A stretch of 63,846 nucleotides of DNA, counting the filler, from Reticulomyxa filosa (lineage: Eukaryota > Protista > Foraminifera): assembly GCA_000512085.1 (NCBI GenBank). It is 20 parts of 20 records of this genome, joined end to end, with 100 filler letters (N's around TTAATTAATTAA, not from the genome) between each part and the next. Parts side by side here need not be neighbours in the genome. Positions count along the whole stretch, not along the records: positions 22,538 to 26,114 come from ASPP01027234.1; positions 26,215 to 29,141 come from ASPP01024725.1; positions 29,242 to 30,268 come from ASPP01042427.1; positions 30,369 to 34,474 come from ASPP01032994.1; positions 34,575 to 41,204 come from ASPP01010750.1; 15 more parts are not named here. One strand, written 5' to 3'. Below are positions 26,051-37,600 of the stretch, in pieces. The notes beneath the pieces were generated by a model that saw only the letters and a program-made list of their open reading frames with translations, did no database searches and was not told where the DNA came from. Made by a program: the position numbers and the translations under genes. Each line of letters starts with the position of its first letter. The first letter of the stretch is position 1.

Positions 26051-27957
26051 TTTTGAATAAATAAATAAATAAAGATGTATTTTTTTTTTAACGTCATTCA
26101 AAAAAAAAAAAAAGNNNNNNNNNNNNNNNNNNNNNNNNNNNNNNNNNNNNNNNNNNNNTTAATTAATTAANNNNNNNNNNNNNNNNNNNNNNNNNNNNNN
26201 NNNNNNNNNNNNNNGGAAAAAGTGTTTACAAATGATAAAAATACTCAAATGGAATATCACTTTTACTTTTTGGCTAGTTGTTCATCAATTGTCTCACTTT
26301 ATTTTTTTTGATTTAACGTTTCTGTATGCCATTCTCCTAGTAATGTGCTGTTAATTTTCCATGCTTCTTTTATATTTTTTCTTTGTCACGTTTTTTGGGA
26401 CAAAAATACCAAAGAATAGTGAAGTTTGTTTTGTTTTTTTGGACAGAAAGTTCGAAAGGTGTTTCTATTTTTTTGTGCTTCTTTCTAAAGATTGTTAGTG
26501 TGTTATGTTCGTCAGTATAAATTCTTTTGGTATGAGTATCTTTTTGATTTTGTTTTTTTTTGTAATGATGATGAAATATTAATAGGTCTTCAGATCTAGA
26601 CCCAAAAGGTCTGAAAGGATGAGAAACTCTCTGAAGTACTCCAATTTTTTGGATCAAAACATGTCAAGCAAAAATAATACAAATAATCCTTTGTGTAAAA
26701 AAAAACAAATAATAGATGAGAACGAAAACAATCGAGAAAATAATGGCAAATGAAAACGATTTTACGTGACTTTTTTGTTGTGCAAAAAAATGTTATTACG
26801 AAATTTTGCATTTTTTTTATTGTGCAAAAAAAAGCAATACTAAATGTGGCTTATCTAATTTTGACTGTGGGAGCAGTCTTATCTTTGGTGAATTTAATAG
26901 TCGTGACTGTTGGTTGTCACAATGATGTTTTTGCCAAACTTAATGGATTGGCAATTGAAACCCCAGTTTTTATAATATACGCTTAAATTGATCTGACCAT
27001 AATTGTCAACAAAGGCTAAACCTTTATTGCTTTTCAAATTAGATTAAAATATTTTAAGAGTAATTTTAAAAAAAAGATTTGTCATCACAATCAATAATAA
27101 TTTCAATAGTTATCATTTTTGGAATGAACATTAAGTTCTATCTACATTTTCCATTTTTTACCTTCGTATTCTTTAAAAAACAAAAATTTTTGTGAATAAT
27201 TCAAATTTTTAGCTTTACATTTTTAGTACAAATTCTAAAAGTTAATGTGTAACTACACCAAAAAAGAGTTATCATATTTAGTTGTTATTTAAGAATTGGT
27301 GATATTTAGGTTAAAAACTACGAACAATATTGCTAAATATCATATTTCAAAATTATTTTTATATTTTTTCTTGTTATTGAATCTTATACATTTGTGGTTG
27401 TAATTTCTTTGTGACAATAATGCTACATACATCACTTACTAGTTGCAGTTGCTTTTGTAGAGTATATTTATACTCATGTAATGACTCATAAATGTGGTAG
27501 TCTCCTTTTCATATCAATTGTAATTTTTCGTCATACAATATTCATGGGGATTCACATTTGACATTTTATTAGTTGTCACGTTGTAAGAAGCAACTTTGAA
27601 ATACTCTTGATCTGATTGCCCTTACGTAAATAGCAACATCCAATAATTTCGTTTGTTATTTACCTCAAGTGAAGATAGAAATGAGAAATGTTATTAAAAA
27701 CTTTGTTGACTTAAATTTATAATGAAAATAAAGTGAAGAAAATCCAAGATATTTTAAACAAGTTTTCAAATAATGATGTATAACTTTGTAAAACTTGATG
27801 ATTTTGTTGTTTTTAAAAATAAATAAAGATATCTACATGATTTGAAGATCCCTAAAAAGAAAACAAACAGATTTTAACACATGTTTGCTTTATATGCGTT
27901 CATGAGAAATTTTAAAAATCATTTAAAACAAATTTTAAATTTAAATATTTAATTTTC

Positions 27958-28023
27958 TTCATATAATACTATTTATGAATGCGGTTTCGGCCTACCATTG
28001 GGCTCATCAGTGCTGTCAGGTCG
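27958..28023 (-). ncRNA. Hammerhead ribozyme-like motif 1 (type I, canonical core, stem III truncated at the element edge)
   Basis: Minus strand GACCTGACAGCA-CTGATGA-GCCCAATGGTAGGCC-GAAA-CCGCA-TTCATA...TATGAA. Confidence 0.7.
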
Positions 28024-28706
28024 CAGAATGACCGGCCACAATATGCCAATCACTTACTACTAGCCGATTATCATTGCCCCTCTTCTAGAAAGGTTGCTAG
28101 TGGTCTTCATATACCAAGTCTCCTGATTCACAGAATAGAAAACAGTTGCTTGAAACATGAAAACAGCAGACTGCAGATTGACCACCCGCCGCTTGCACAG
28201 AGTCCTGCATAGCCACCCCTACAGACCATACATAACTTGGATATTGAACAACCTCAAAGATCTATGGAGTAATGTAGAGCTTCCCCTACATGCAGCATCA
28301 ATAGAATTTTGGGCCATAAGCGTCGCAGTATATCAATCTACTAGGGCCTTTGTATAAATAGGCAAACTCTACCCCAACTACGGTCGGTTCCCGCGTGGTA
28401 GTTATTCGAAGTAGAGGATGGAGATTATAGTCATAAGAGTAACCTCCAAGAGACCAGCCACCTAGCCGTTAAGAGGTAGAACACATAAGGGAAGTTCTAT
28501 TAGATAAGACCTTTCCCTATGATAGGGCTACGAGCAATCACACTATTTAGACAAACATAGACCATCACGCCTTTCTGGTACTTTTTGGCATGGCTATTTA
28601 GTTATAAAAATATATACATATATAAATAAACATAGATTATATAATATAACATATATAATATAATATATATAAATATAATTACATATGCTATATTACCAAG
28701 TCTACG

Positions 28707-28772
28707 GGTCAACAGCATAACTTTAATTAAAAAGGTTTCGCACTGACATTGGACTAATCAGTGATGTCAGGC
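28707..28772 (-). ncRNA. Hammerhead ribozyme-like motif 2 (type I, variant core)
   Basis: Minus strand GCCTGACATCA-CTGATTA-GTCCAATGTCAGTGC-GAAA-CCTTTTTAATTAAAG-TTA-TGCTGTTGACC. Stems I, II and III can be drawn, each with a mismatch. Confidence 0.62.
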
Positions 28773-28845
28773 CAGTATTATATTAAGGTGATTGCTGACT
28801 TAAAACATCAATCTAAGGAATATACATTACGGTACCAGTGAGAAT

Positions 28846-28923
28846 GGCAATATTATCATGTAACTAGATTATCTTTTTACATGGTTTCGCCCTAACATTA
28901 GGCTAATCAGTACTATCAGGTCG
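28846..28923 (-). ncRNA. Hammerhead ribozyme-like motif 3 (type I, variant core)
   Basis: Minus strand GACCTGATAGTA-CTGATTA-GCCTAATGTTAGGGC-GAAA-CCATGTAA-AAAGATAATCTAG-TTACATGA-TA-ATATTGCC. It has a long stem III (CATGTAA/TTACATG). Confidence 0.65.
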
Positions 28924-29241
28924 ATTGGTTTCTTAACTAGCAAACACCTTGTATTCACCTAGCATTGAGCTGAGTGGGTTCTTGCTCATACTGTATTACC
29001 ATTATCACATAGCCAGGGTGTCATGGACTGCAATTAGTGGTTACACTATCTAGTGTGATCACAGTACCGCATGTTAGCTCACACTAAGTTTGGGGCCCTA
29101 GTTACTTTAAGGTTGAGGAACAAATTTGGATAAGTTGCTATNNNNNNNNNNNNNNNNNNNNNNNNNNNNNNNNNNNNNNNNNNNNTTAATTAATTAANNN
29201 NNNNNNNNNNNNNNNNNNNNNNNNNNNNNNNNNNNNNNNNN

Positions 29242-29468
29242 ATATAAAAGAAAACAGGTTGAATTTCAAATGATGTTTTTAATTGCTCATCATTGTTGAT
29301 ATTTTGACCACTGTTGTCAGTAATTTTAAAATGATTGATAGAATCACCATTACTTGTTGTGTTGAGTAGCTCATTCACTTTTTCTTGCAAACATTTTAAA
29401 TTCAAAGAAGTAAGTGTTACTTCATGCAGCTTTTTTTCAAGGCAAAGAAAAGCTTTTAAAGACATCAT
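29242..29468 (-). CDS. N-terminal fragment with a PB1-like domain, running off the contig
   Basis: MMSLKAFLCLEKKLHEVTLTSLNLKCLQEKV...FKITDNSGQNINNDEQLKTSF, a beta-grasp-like pattern with an acidic IxxDEQL motif. Confidence 0.4.
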
Positions 29469-30368
29469 TGTTTCAAGTAAGTAGTTAGTATGAAGATAGG
29501 GGAAAAATACTTTCAAAAACTTCTTTCCAGTTTTTTTTAAAAATCCCTTTTTCACTCCAATTTATCGTCTTTATGTTTTTTTTAAAAAAAACCTATTTCA
29601 TTGGGCAATTTCAAAATTTCTTTTTACAACACAGAAATATTGCTTTTATTACAATTTCACACAAATCCGTTTGTATTTGTATTTTTTTTTTATTTTATAA
29701 AAAACAAAAATTCTACTCCAATCTTGTACCAACTTTTTTTAAGAAAAGAACTATGAAGTAAAGAACTTTGCTTATCTTCGCTTACCACATACAACAACAC
29801 ATCTCATCATGTTTCTCAAAGGCATAAAAAACCTATTAACAAAAAAGCTAAGGTGAATTGAAAATTTCAGACAATTAGTTAATACTCTGGTAATACAAAA
29901 AAATATAATTTTTTTTTTTTTGGCAAAGTGAGATAGATGGACACATATTATTATTGCTTAAAATGCTAGTATTGATATTCGATTTTTGTTCATTTACTTT
30001 TTATTCATTGAATAAATATTATTATTCAAGTGTGTTTGTGTCTTCATCATAAGTGCTTGATATCTTTATTTGTAAAACCTATGGATCTTATGAGAAGGAT
30101 GCAAAATTGTTTGGTTGAGCCATATCCTACCACAACTTTATTTTGTAATTACATTCCTTTTTTAACTGTGAATAATCAGTTATCATTAGATGCCAATATA
30201 ACTTGTTCATAAACGAGAATGTTGTCATTATCCATTTTTTGATTACAATAATAAAAGATTGCTTATTTNNNNNNNNNNNNNNNNNNNNNNNNNNNNNNNN
30301 NNNNNNNNNNNNTTAATTAATTAANNNNNNNNNNNNNNNNNNNNNNNNNNNNNNNNNNNNNNNNNNNN

Positions 30369-30911
30369 ATATGGAATGTGGAATATGGAATATGGAATAT
30401 GGAATGTGGAATCTGGAGAGCAAATCAAAGTATTGTTAGGTCATTCAGACCCGTGTATGCAATATATACTTTTCATCTGATGGTCAAAAGATTGTATCAA
30501 TCATCCCAAGATAAAACAATTGGTATATGGGATGTGCAATCAGGTGAAAGATTGATAGGACATTCGAATAGCGCGTACTAACTGCAAAAAATTCTCACCA
30601 GATGGCAAGTGTGCTGTGTCATGTGCGTGTGTGATTCAACAATTTTGAATATGGGATGTGGTGGAGACAGGGGCAGAGTCAAAGAAATTTCAAGAAAATT
30701 CAAAACTTGTGCCGAGTGTGGAATTTTTTTCAGATGGTCAAACTATTGTATCTTGTTCTGTTCATACAATTCAACCTGTGGAATGTGGAAACTGGATATA
30801 ATATTTCAGAGACTGCAGGGTCATATTAATTCAATTTTCCATGTTATCGTTTCATCCAGCGATATAATCGCGTCATGTTCTAGTGACAAAACAATTCGGA
30901 TCTGGGCATAA
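30369..30911 (+). pseudogene. Degenerate WD40-repeat gene
   Basis: SSQDKTIGIWDV, GHSNSAY*, FSPDG, LQGHINS and IASCSSDKTIRIWA scattered over three frames with stops. Confidence 0.8.
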
Positions 30912-31432
30912 TGATTTGCACAAATAAAATGAACACATTGTATATTTATTTCTTTTTTTTTTTTTTGTTGGCAGCTTTGAAATCAATCTTGTTGAAGAAA
31001 GTTTTCTTTTGTCATCATGTGGCCATTACTTTGCCATTGGATGGTCGATTATATGTTGCATATGAGAAAAAAAAAATCGCAAATGTGCTATCTGAAAAAG
31101 AATATACCATTTTAAAATTGTTCTTTTCTCACAAGTAACCAATTGTATTTGATGTTTGATCGCAAAATGAAAGATTATTAACCACGAATGAGCTTTTGGT
31201 TTTTTCGTTAAAAGAGGGATCATATGCATTCAAATTTTGTCTATCCCTCTTTTGATTTTGAAATAAAAGATATTACCAAGTATTCATATTAATTGAACCA
31301 AATCTCCTTCCTTGCTCATTGAAAAACAAATCTAAAAAAAAAAAAAAAAAAAATCATTGAAATCTCATTCAAAACAAACTTTTGTTTGATGTCTTTTCAC
31401 AAATGAATGAGATCGTAGTAAAAAAAAAATGA

Positions 31433-33792
31433 TCATTGCTCCCAAACACGAATGGGGCCTTTGTCTGAACCACAGCAGAGATGAATGCTACCATTACGTT
31501 CGTCATTGCTTTTTCGTTTCACCTCTTTCGTTTTCGGTGATAAAAATTTAAGACAACGCATTCCATTTTCTCCTTCATCAATTTTGATTACATCCAAAGT
31601 CTTACTTGATCGAATGTCCCAAAAGCGAATAGTATTATCCTTTGACCCAGAACATATGACATTTCCACCACCAATTTTGCTGTTGTTTGCCACAAGAGGT
31701 GAATATTCGACGACATACACCCAATCTTTGTGTCCATTGAACACGTGAGTTTGCTGACTGGATCGAGCATCCCACAAACGAACAGTGTGATCCCATGATC
31801 CTGATAATATAGTATTTGCACCACCAATGTTTTTTAATTCATTTGACCCATATTTTACACTGCTCACAGCAAAGCCATGTCCTTTGAATTCAGTCAATTC
31901 TCTGTTGGTTTCAATATCCCATATTCGAATGATTTTATCATATGATCCAGAACAAAAGGTGCGTCCAGGACTACAACTCATACTAACGCCATTATTTTTA
32001 TTGCCTTGCGATGGCGAAAAATCCAAACAACAAACAGCGTCCGTATGTCCTTTGAAAACATACAATAACTTGAATGTCTCAACATCCCACAAACGAATAG
32101 TTTTATCAAATGACCCAGAACATAAATGTCGACCATCAAATGGCGAAAATGCAATGCTGCAAACCGCACCAGTGTGTTCATTGAACACTTTTAATGGTTG
32201 TTTATCTTTGACATCCCAAAAACGAATGGTTTTATCATCTGATGAAGAACAAATGACATTTCGACGATTGTAATGATAATGATATGGTGAAAATTTCGCA
32301 CCCGTCACGTGGCTCGAATGGTCACTGAATAATTGAATTTGTTTGCTGGTCTCTACATCCCATATACGAACTGTTTTGTCATATGACCCAGAACAAAGGA
32401 ATTGGCCACCGAATGCTGAATAATCGATACTGTATACAGCAGCAGTATGTCCAGTGAATGTTTTCAGCAATTTAAATGCAGAAGAGGTACCAGTATGGGG
32501 TCTAGAATTTGCATTGGATACGTCATTATCCGTGCTATTTTCTTTTCCGTCTTCGCTATCGTTGCCTCGTGTTATTTTATTTTCGCTATTTTTTAACTCA
32601 ACTTTTTTCTTCAAATTTTCAAGTTCAGTTAGTATAGCATTCTGTTGGTAATCATTTTATTTGTAAGTTTCTTTTTTAAAAAAAAAAAAAATTCTATTTT
32701 TAAAAAAATTATATTTTTAAAAAAAAAAAAAAAAATGTACCTGTTGTTGCTTTAAGATCGAGTAATCATCTTGTATTTTTGAAATCTCTTCACTTTGTTT
32801 TTTTCCATTCAATTCTCTTTCCAATTTCAGTTTTTCATTTCCCAATTTCAATTTTTCATTTTCCAATTTCAATTGTCTTATCTCATCCTATATTTATTTG
32901 TTATTTGATTGGTTGGAATCAATGCAAACAATTTACAAAAAAAATCGTTTGAAAACAAAAAAAAAAAAAAAAAAAAAGCTTACATCGAATTGTTGGAATT
33001 TTTTATTGTCACTTTCATTTTCATTTTCATTTTCGTTTTCGTTTTCACTTTTTGGCTGTTTTTCTTTTAATTCTTCCTTCTTTTTATATTTGTGTGATTT
33101 CATATATTTGCAATTTATTAATCGTGAGAATTCTAAACAAACACAAAACTATTTGCACTTTTTCCAATTGTGATTGCAATTCTTTAATCGTATTTTGGCT
33201 CGATTGCAAATCTTGCTGCAGTTTTTTAATTTGTTCATTAACTGCACTCAATTGATTTTGTACCTCCAACGAAACAAGTTGCTTAATCGAAATCAATTGA
33301 CATGACTTATCTAAATGCCCTTTCATTTCCTTTATTGCTCCTCTGTAATTACATTGATTTTTTAAATTCCAATCTGTTCCATTTTCTTGCTCTTCTTTTT
33401 CTCCTGAATTTGTTCCTTCGCTCGGTTGCTTCTTGTTCAAGTCATATTGTCGAGGACAAATCACCAACAACTCTGATACCATTTTTCTCACCGTTTTACT
33501 TTTCGAATGATTGAAACAATTGCGCTGATGAATTGGACATTTTCCATCGTTTTGCTTTAAGTATGTTTGCAAACATTCTTCTCCATACAAATATGCGTGT
33601 TCTACGCTTTCATCTTCACCACACTGTAACTCCACTGCGTTATTTGCAATTTGATTGCAAACGCGACACGTTACTGTCTCCAGTTTCTGTAGTTTGTTTG
33701 TCAACGAAATCCATTCTTTGTTATAACAACCAGTACTGGAAAACGTTTCCTTTTCATTTTCCGCCTTTTTTTTTTTCTTCCAAGACCAGCAT
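31433..33792 (-). CDS. RING-like + TRAF-type Zn finger + coiled coil + WD40 protein (TRAF7-like architecture)
   Basis: ATG at 33792 (A-run frameshift), CYNKEW..CRVCNQIANNAVELQC..EECL..CPI, VICPRQ..CNYRG..HLDKSC, spliced heptad exons at ~32640-33180, then the WD40 ORF 31433-32614 ending GPIRVWEQ. Confidence 0.82.
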
Positions 33793-34603
33793 TATAATAT
33801 CAGATTTTTTTTCACCAGAATATTGTTAAAAAGGGGCCAAAACTTTACTTCAAGGTTAATTTTTTTTGGTGACCCAGTGGCTTGGGCCAATTTTTATCGT
33901 TTTTTTATCAGAAAAATTGATCATAGATTTACAAAGAAAGTTTTAGAGAGCATGGCCACAAAGTTCTATTGGAATGTTGTTAGTGATACTTAACCTGCAA
34001 TAGAAGATGTTCAAGTGATATGAACATTGACATCTACACTTTGTAATAAGCAATGAGCTGTTACTAGTTCATTATTCACGATATTTCAATTGATGTTGTA
34101 TGAAAAAAAAATTAAATTTTCATTGCAATTTAGAAATTGGAGACAAAGGGAATGAAAAACTTTATTCTAGAACTAGTTTTATTGAGTTTTAATCAAAGAT
34201 TTTTTTTCAAGTTAATGTCACACATCACCCAAATAGTGCATAGCGCCTTAACATTTATTTTCGATTTATTTTCTTTGTTTAGTTGCGTTTTAGGTAGCAG
34301 TTTTTTTTTCTAACTTACTGTAGCTTTGTTTTCAAAATATCAAATCAATCGAAAGCATAAAATCAAAGCAATCAAAAGCATAAAATCAATTCGAAGTTAG
34401 TATTTCTTCATGAAGACATTGACGTTTGATATTAAAATGTCTAACTTAAATGACTAACATATAAATTTCACACANNNNNNNNNNNNNNNNNNNNNNNNNN
34501 NNNNNNNNNNNNNNNNNNTTAATTAATTAANNNNNNNNNNNNNNNNNNNNNNNNNNNNNNNNNNNNNNNNNNNNAATATATGAATATATCAATATACAAA
34601 TGA

Positions 34604-37600
34604 CTAAACTTCTCGTATTTCCGAATTTTTCAAAAGGTAATCTCCACAAAACAATAAGAGCTGGTACGTTACAAAACCAGCGTACATTGGCCACGTAGAT
34701 GATGCATTGGTATAACTTCTAAGATACAGGGTGTGTAGACAAGAATAAGTGGTCATTAAAGACAGCAAAGTAGCAACGATTTGACGAGTTTTCAAATCGA
34801 GTCGATCGCCGTCTTCAAAGTAAAAGTGATCCGACAAATGATCGACAAACATACTCAGCAGCATGACCAAAATACCGCGAATCATTGACAGCACGACAAT
34901 GATGTACACAAACATTGCCCATTCATGAGCAAACTTGGCTGCTGCCACAACGAGCAAGATCAACGTTTGGATGATCCAAAATATAGACACGCCAAGCGTT
35001 CGAGTCAGCGCATATTGAATGTAGTCTCGCTTTGTCTGTTCCTTGCTTACTTGCTGAATGAACCACATGCGACCAACTGCTTCACTGATCGCGACTATTA
35101 CCCACAGAAAAATGCAGGCAATAATTGTAAAGATCTCTTGATTGTGCGAATTTTGTGTCAATGTTATGAGCGACAAAAGGGTATAAAGAAGTGCTAATCC
35201 CACTGCAATTCCTATTATTTGTATAAACAACGTACATAATATATGTGTTTGATCGATTGCTTTGTTTCCTTCCCTCTCATCTCTTTCTCCTTTTTGTTTA
35301 TGTAACACTCAACCAATCGACAGCCAGAATATCCTGGTGGTGATTCGCTTGCCAATCATCGTCGACTGCAAACTCAAATATAAACACACTCCAAATCCGT
35401 ACCAAATCCAAATTTGGACAGTCAAATCATTGTGTCCAGTGCTTTGGATCACGTGTAATGGCACAAGCATCAAGCAAGCGGGCCAAGACATTTGCCAAAC
35501 TTCCCGAATCAAAGGGGAGTACATGCGTTTCCAAACTTCGGAGGCCGAAAGTACGAGTTCCACTTGCGGTGACTCGTCTTCGATAACGATGTCGGACGTC
35601 ACTTTGGGCACCTGTACGTCCAAGTTGTCGTGATCATGGAAATCACCTGTCCTTTTGGTGCTTTCGACCATTGTGAGATCATTGCGTGTGTCTTCTCGAC
35701 GATTCACGTCTTGCTCATTCTGAGTCGCGCTGCCTTGTTTGGGGATTGCAACTGTGTCTGGGCTGGGCAATTTGCGACTTTCCAACACTGCAGGATTGCT
35801 AAAATTGATGCGTGGTGACATGGCCGTTTCGTCTTCGCCTTCAAAATTTTCGTGTTGATCAGCATGATAAGTTTTTGTTTCTATCAATTCCACGGACCCT
35901 TTTATATATACGTACGTATACACATATACATATATGTGTATATATTATATCTACCAACAGAAAATAGCTGAAATAGTTGTAATATATAGTGTTTATCTTC
36001 CTTCTTCTCACATTCACCTGCACTGTAAGATTCATTCTTTCGGTGTACAGTCGTGTTTTCCAGAATCGCTGGAGTTTCATCATCACCGTATTCCGCGTTT
36101 GATTCTTGTTTTTCTGAGCCAGGAGCAAACGATACGAATTTTTTCATCGGTGTCATTTCCTTCCTTGTTGGGGTCGCTTCATGTGATATATCATTCATCT
36201 TTTTTTTTTTTTTTTTAACTAAACAACAAGGCCTTTACAAGTGTATATAACATACATCGATTACATTAAGCAATTATGACACCAGCAAACAAAATAAATA
36301 TAAATGCAAACAAACTTGGAATTGAAGTAATTGTGACTGTTCCAAAATATCTCGAGTGGTTGGCGCAGTAGTACGATTTTTGTAAACGGCAGTGCTAAAA
36401 ACACTGTTGAAATCTGCAAACGAAATTTTGTCTTTGCCTTTGGCAATGAGATCAAACACTGTTTTGGAACGCTCATACATTTTGATTTTATGCTTTGCGA
36501 ATGCAGTTTCAAGTTCCTCCAAGGTGATGAACCCGGTTCCTTTAGTATTGATCTCGTGAAACGCTTTAATGATAGCATCGATGTTCCTTGTCTCTCGGGC
36601 ATTGTCAACGCCATCTTCCTTGTCGCGTGTTCCAAAATGCATCGTAATGGCGTGCTTAAGCAAATCGGGCAGTGTCGGCTTCACAATACCAGGGACCGAA
36701 CGAGGGACATTTGTTTGCATGAAATGGCGATAGTCAATCAAGCCATTGTTATGGGTATCAAACATGGTAAAAATGGTGTTCACGTCGTCGGCAAATAAGT
36801 CCAATCCACATTTTTGTAACCATTCGGTAAATTCTTTACGATCCAATGCACCACGTTGTGTCTTGTCGCATTTGACAAAATGACTGCGCATTTCTTCCAA
36901 CAATTGATGCACAATTTCTTCTTGCGCTTTCATGCTGTCGTTGTTCATATTGTTCACTTCCGCAAATATCACGTGCGTCAACAAGTTTTTTATTGCCTCG
37001 TTTTTCTCCTTTTGGTCTTTGTTTTTGTTTTTGTTTGCTCCCCCATTGATTGCATCTGCTATTGATGACCGTGTTCTCTTGTGTTTGTTCTTCTTCACTT
37101 TCGAATCTCCAGATATGTACCCATTGCCGGTCACCGATGGTGGGGCGCTTACCGACGCTCCTATGGCGCTGTCCGTAATTGCGTTCGATGTTATTGATCC
37201 ACGAGATGAATGATTTGCTGAGTTCTATCCCCAGAAATAAAACAGATTTTTATTACCAGTTGAGATAGAATTGCAATATATATACATATATACGTATACA
37301 AATGTGTTTATTTTTGAACTGTAGACACTAATGCAGGTTGAGTTTTTATGACCGATTCAATGTCTTTTTCGTTGGCATTGAGTTCCTGAAATCGCAACGA
37401 CTCGTCTTCCACACCTTCCGCAAAGTAATAAAAATCATCATTCGAATCAACAAACTTCTTCTTGCCGCTTTTGATGCTCTTGATCATGCCATTTTGAACC
37501 ATTTGCTGTGCCAAAACTATTGCTCCTGTTCTTGACTTTATTCCACTAACATTGGCTTCAATCCAATCCACGATTGCAGTGCCATTGGTACTGTCCTTTT

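Larger units (their letters stand above)
27958..29141 (-). mobile_element. Candidate non-autonomous ribozyme-bearing element (retrozyme/Penelope-type repeat or viroid-like insertion), running off the contig
   Basis: Abrupt switch from very AT-rich flank to GC-balanced sequence with no homopolymer runs, no credible ORF and many hairpins, carrying three hammerhead-like repeats. Confidence 0.5.

Noticed and set aside
27979-28357. Short plus-strand ORFs (77 and 66 aa) in the island as proteins
   Set aside because: No recognisable motifs, and they overlap the antisense of the ribozyme motif; likely chance ORFs in GC-balanced sequence.
28160-28435. Group I intron or rRNA identity for the structured island (GACTG...GATTATAGTC resembling P7)
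   Set aside because: Only a 5-bp match; no P/Q elements or universal rRNA motifs were found. The hammerhead reading explains the repeats better.
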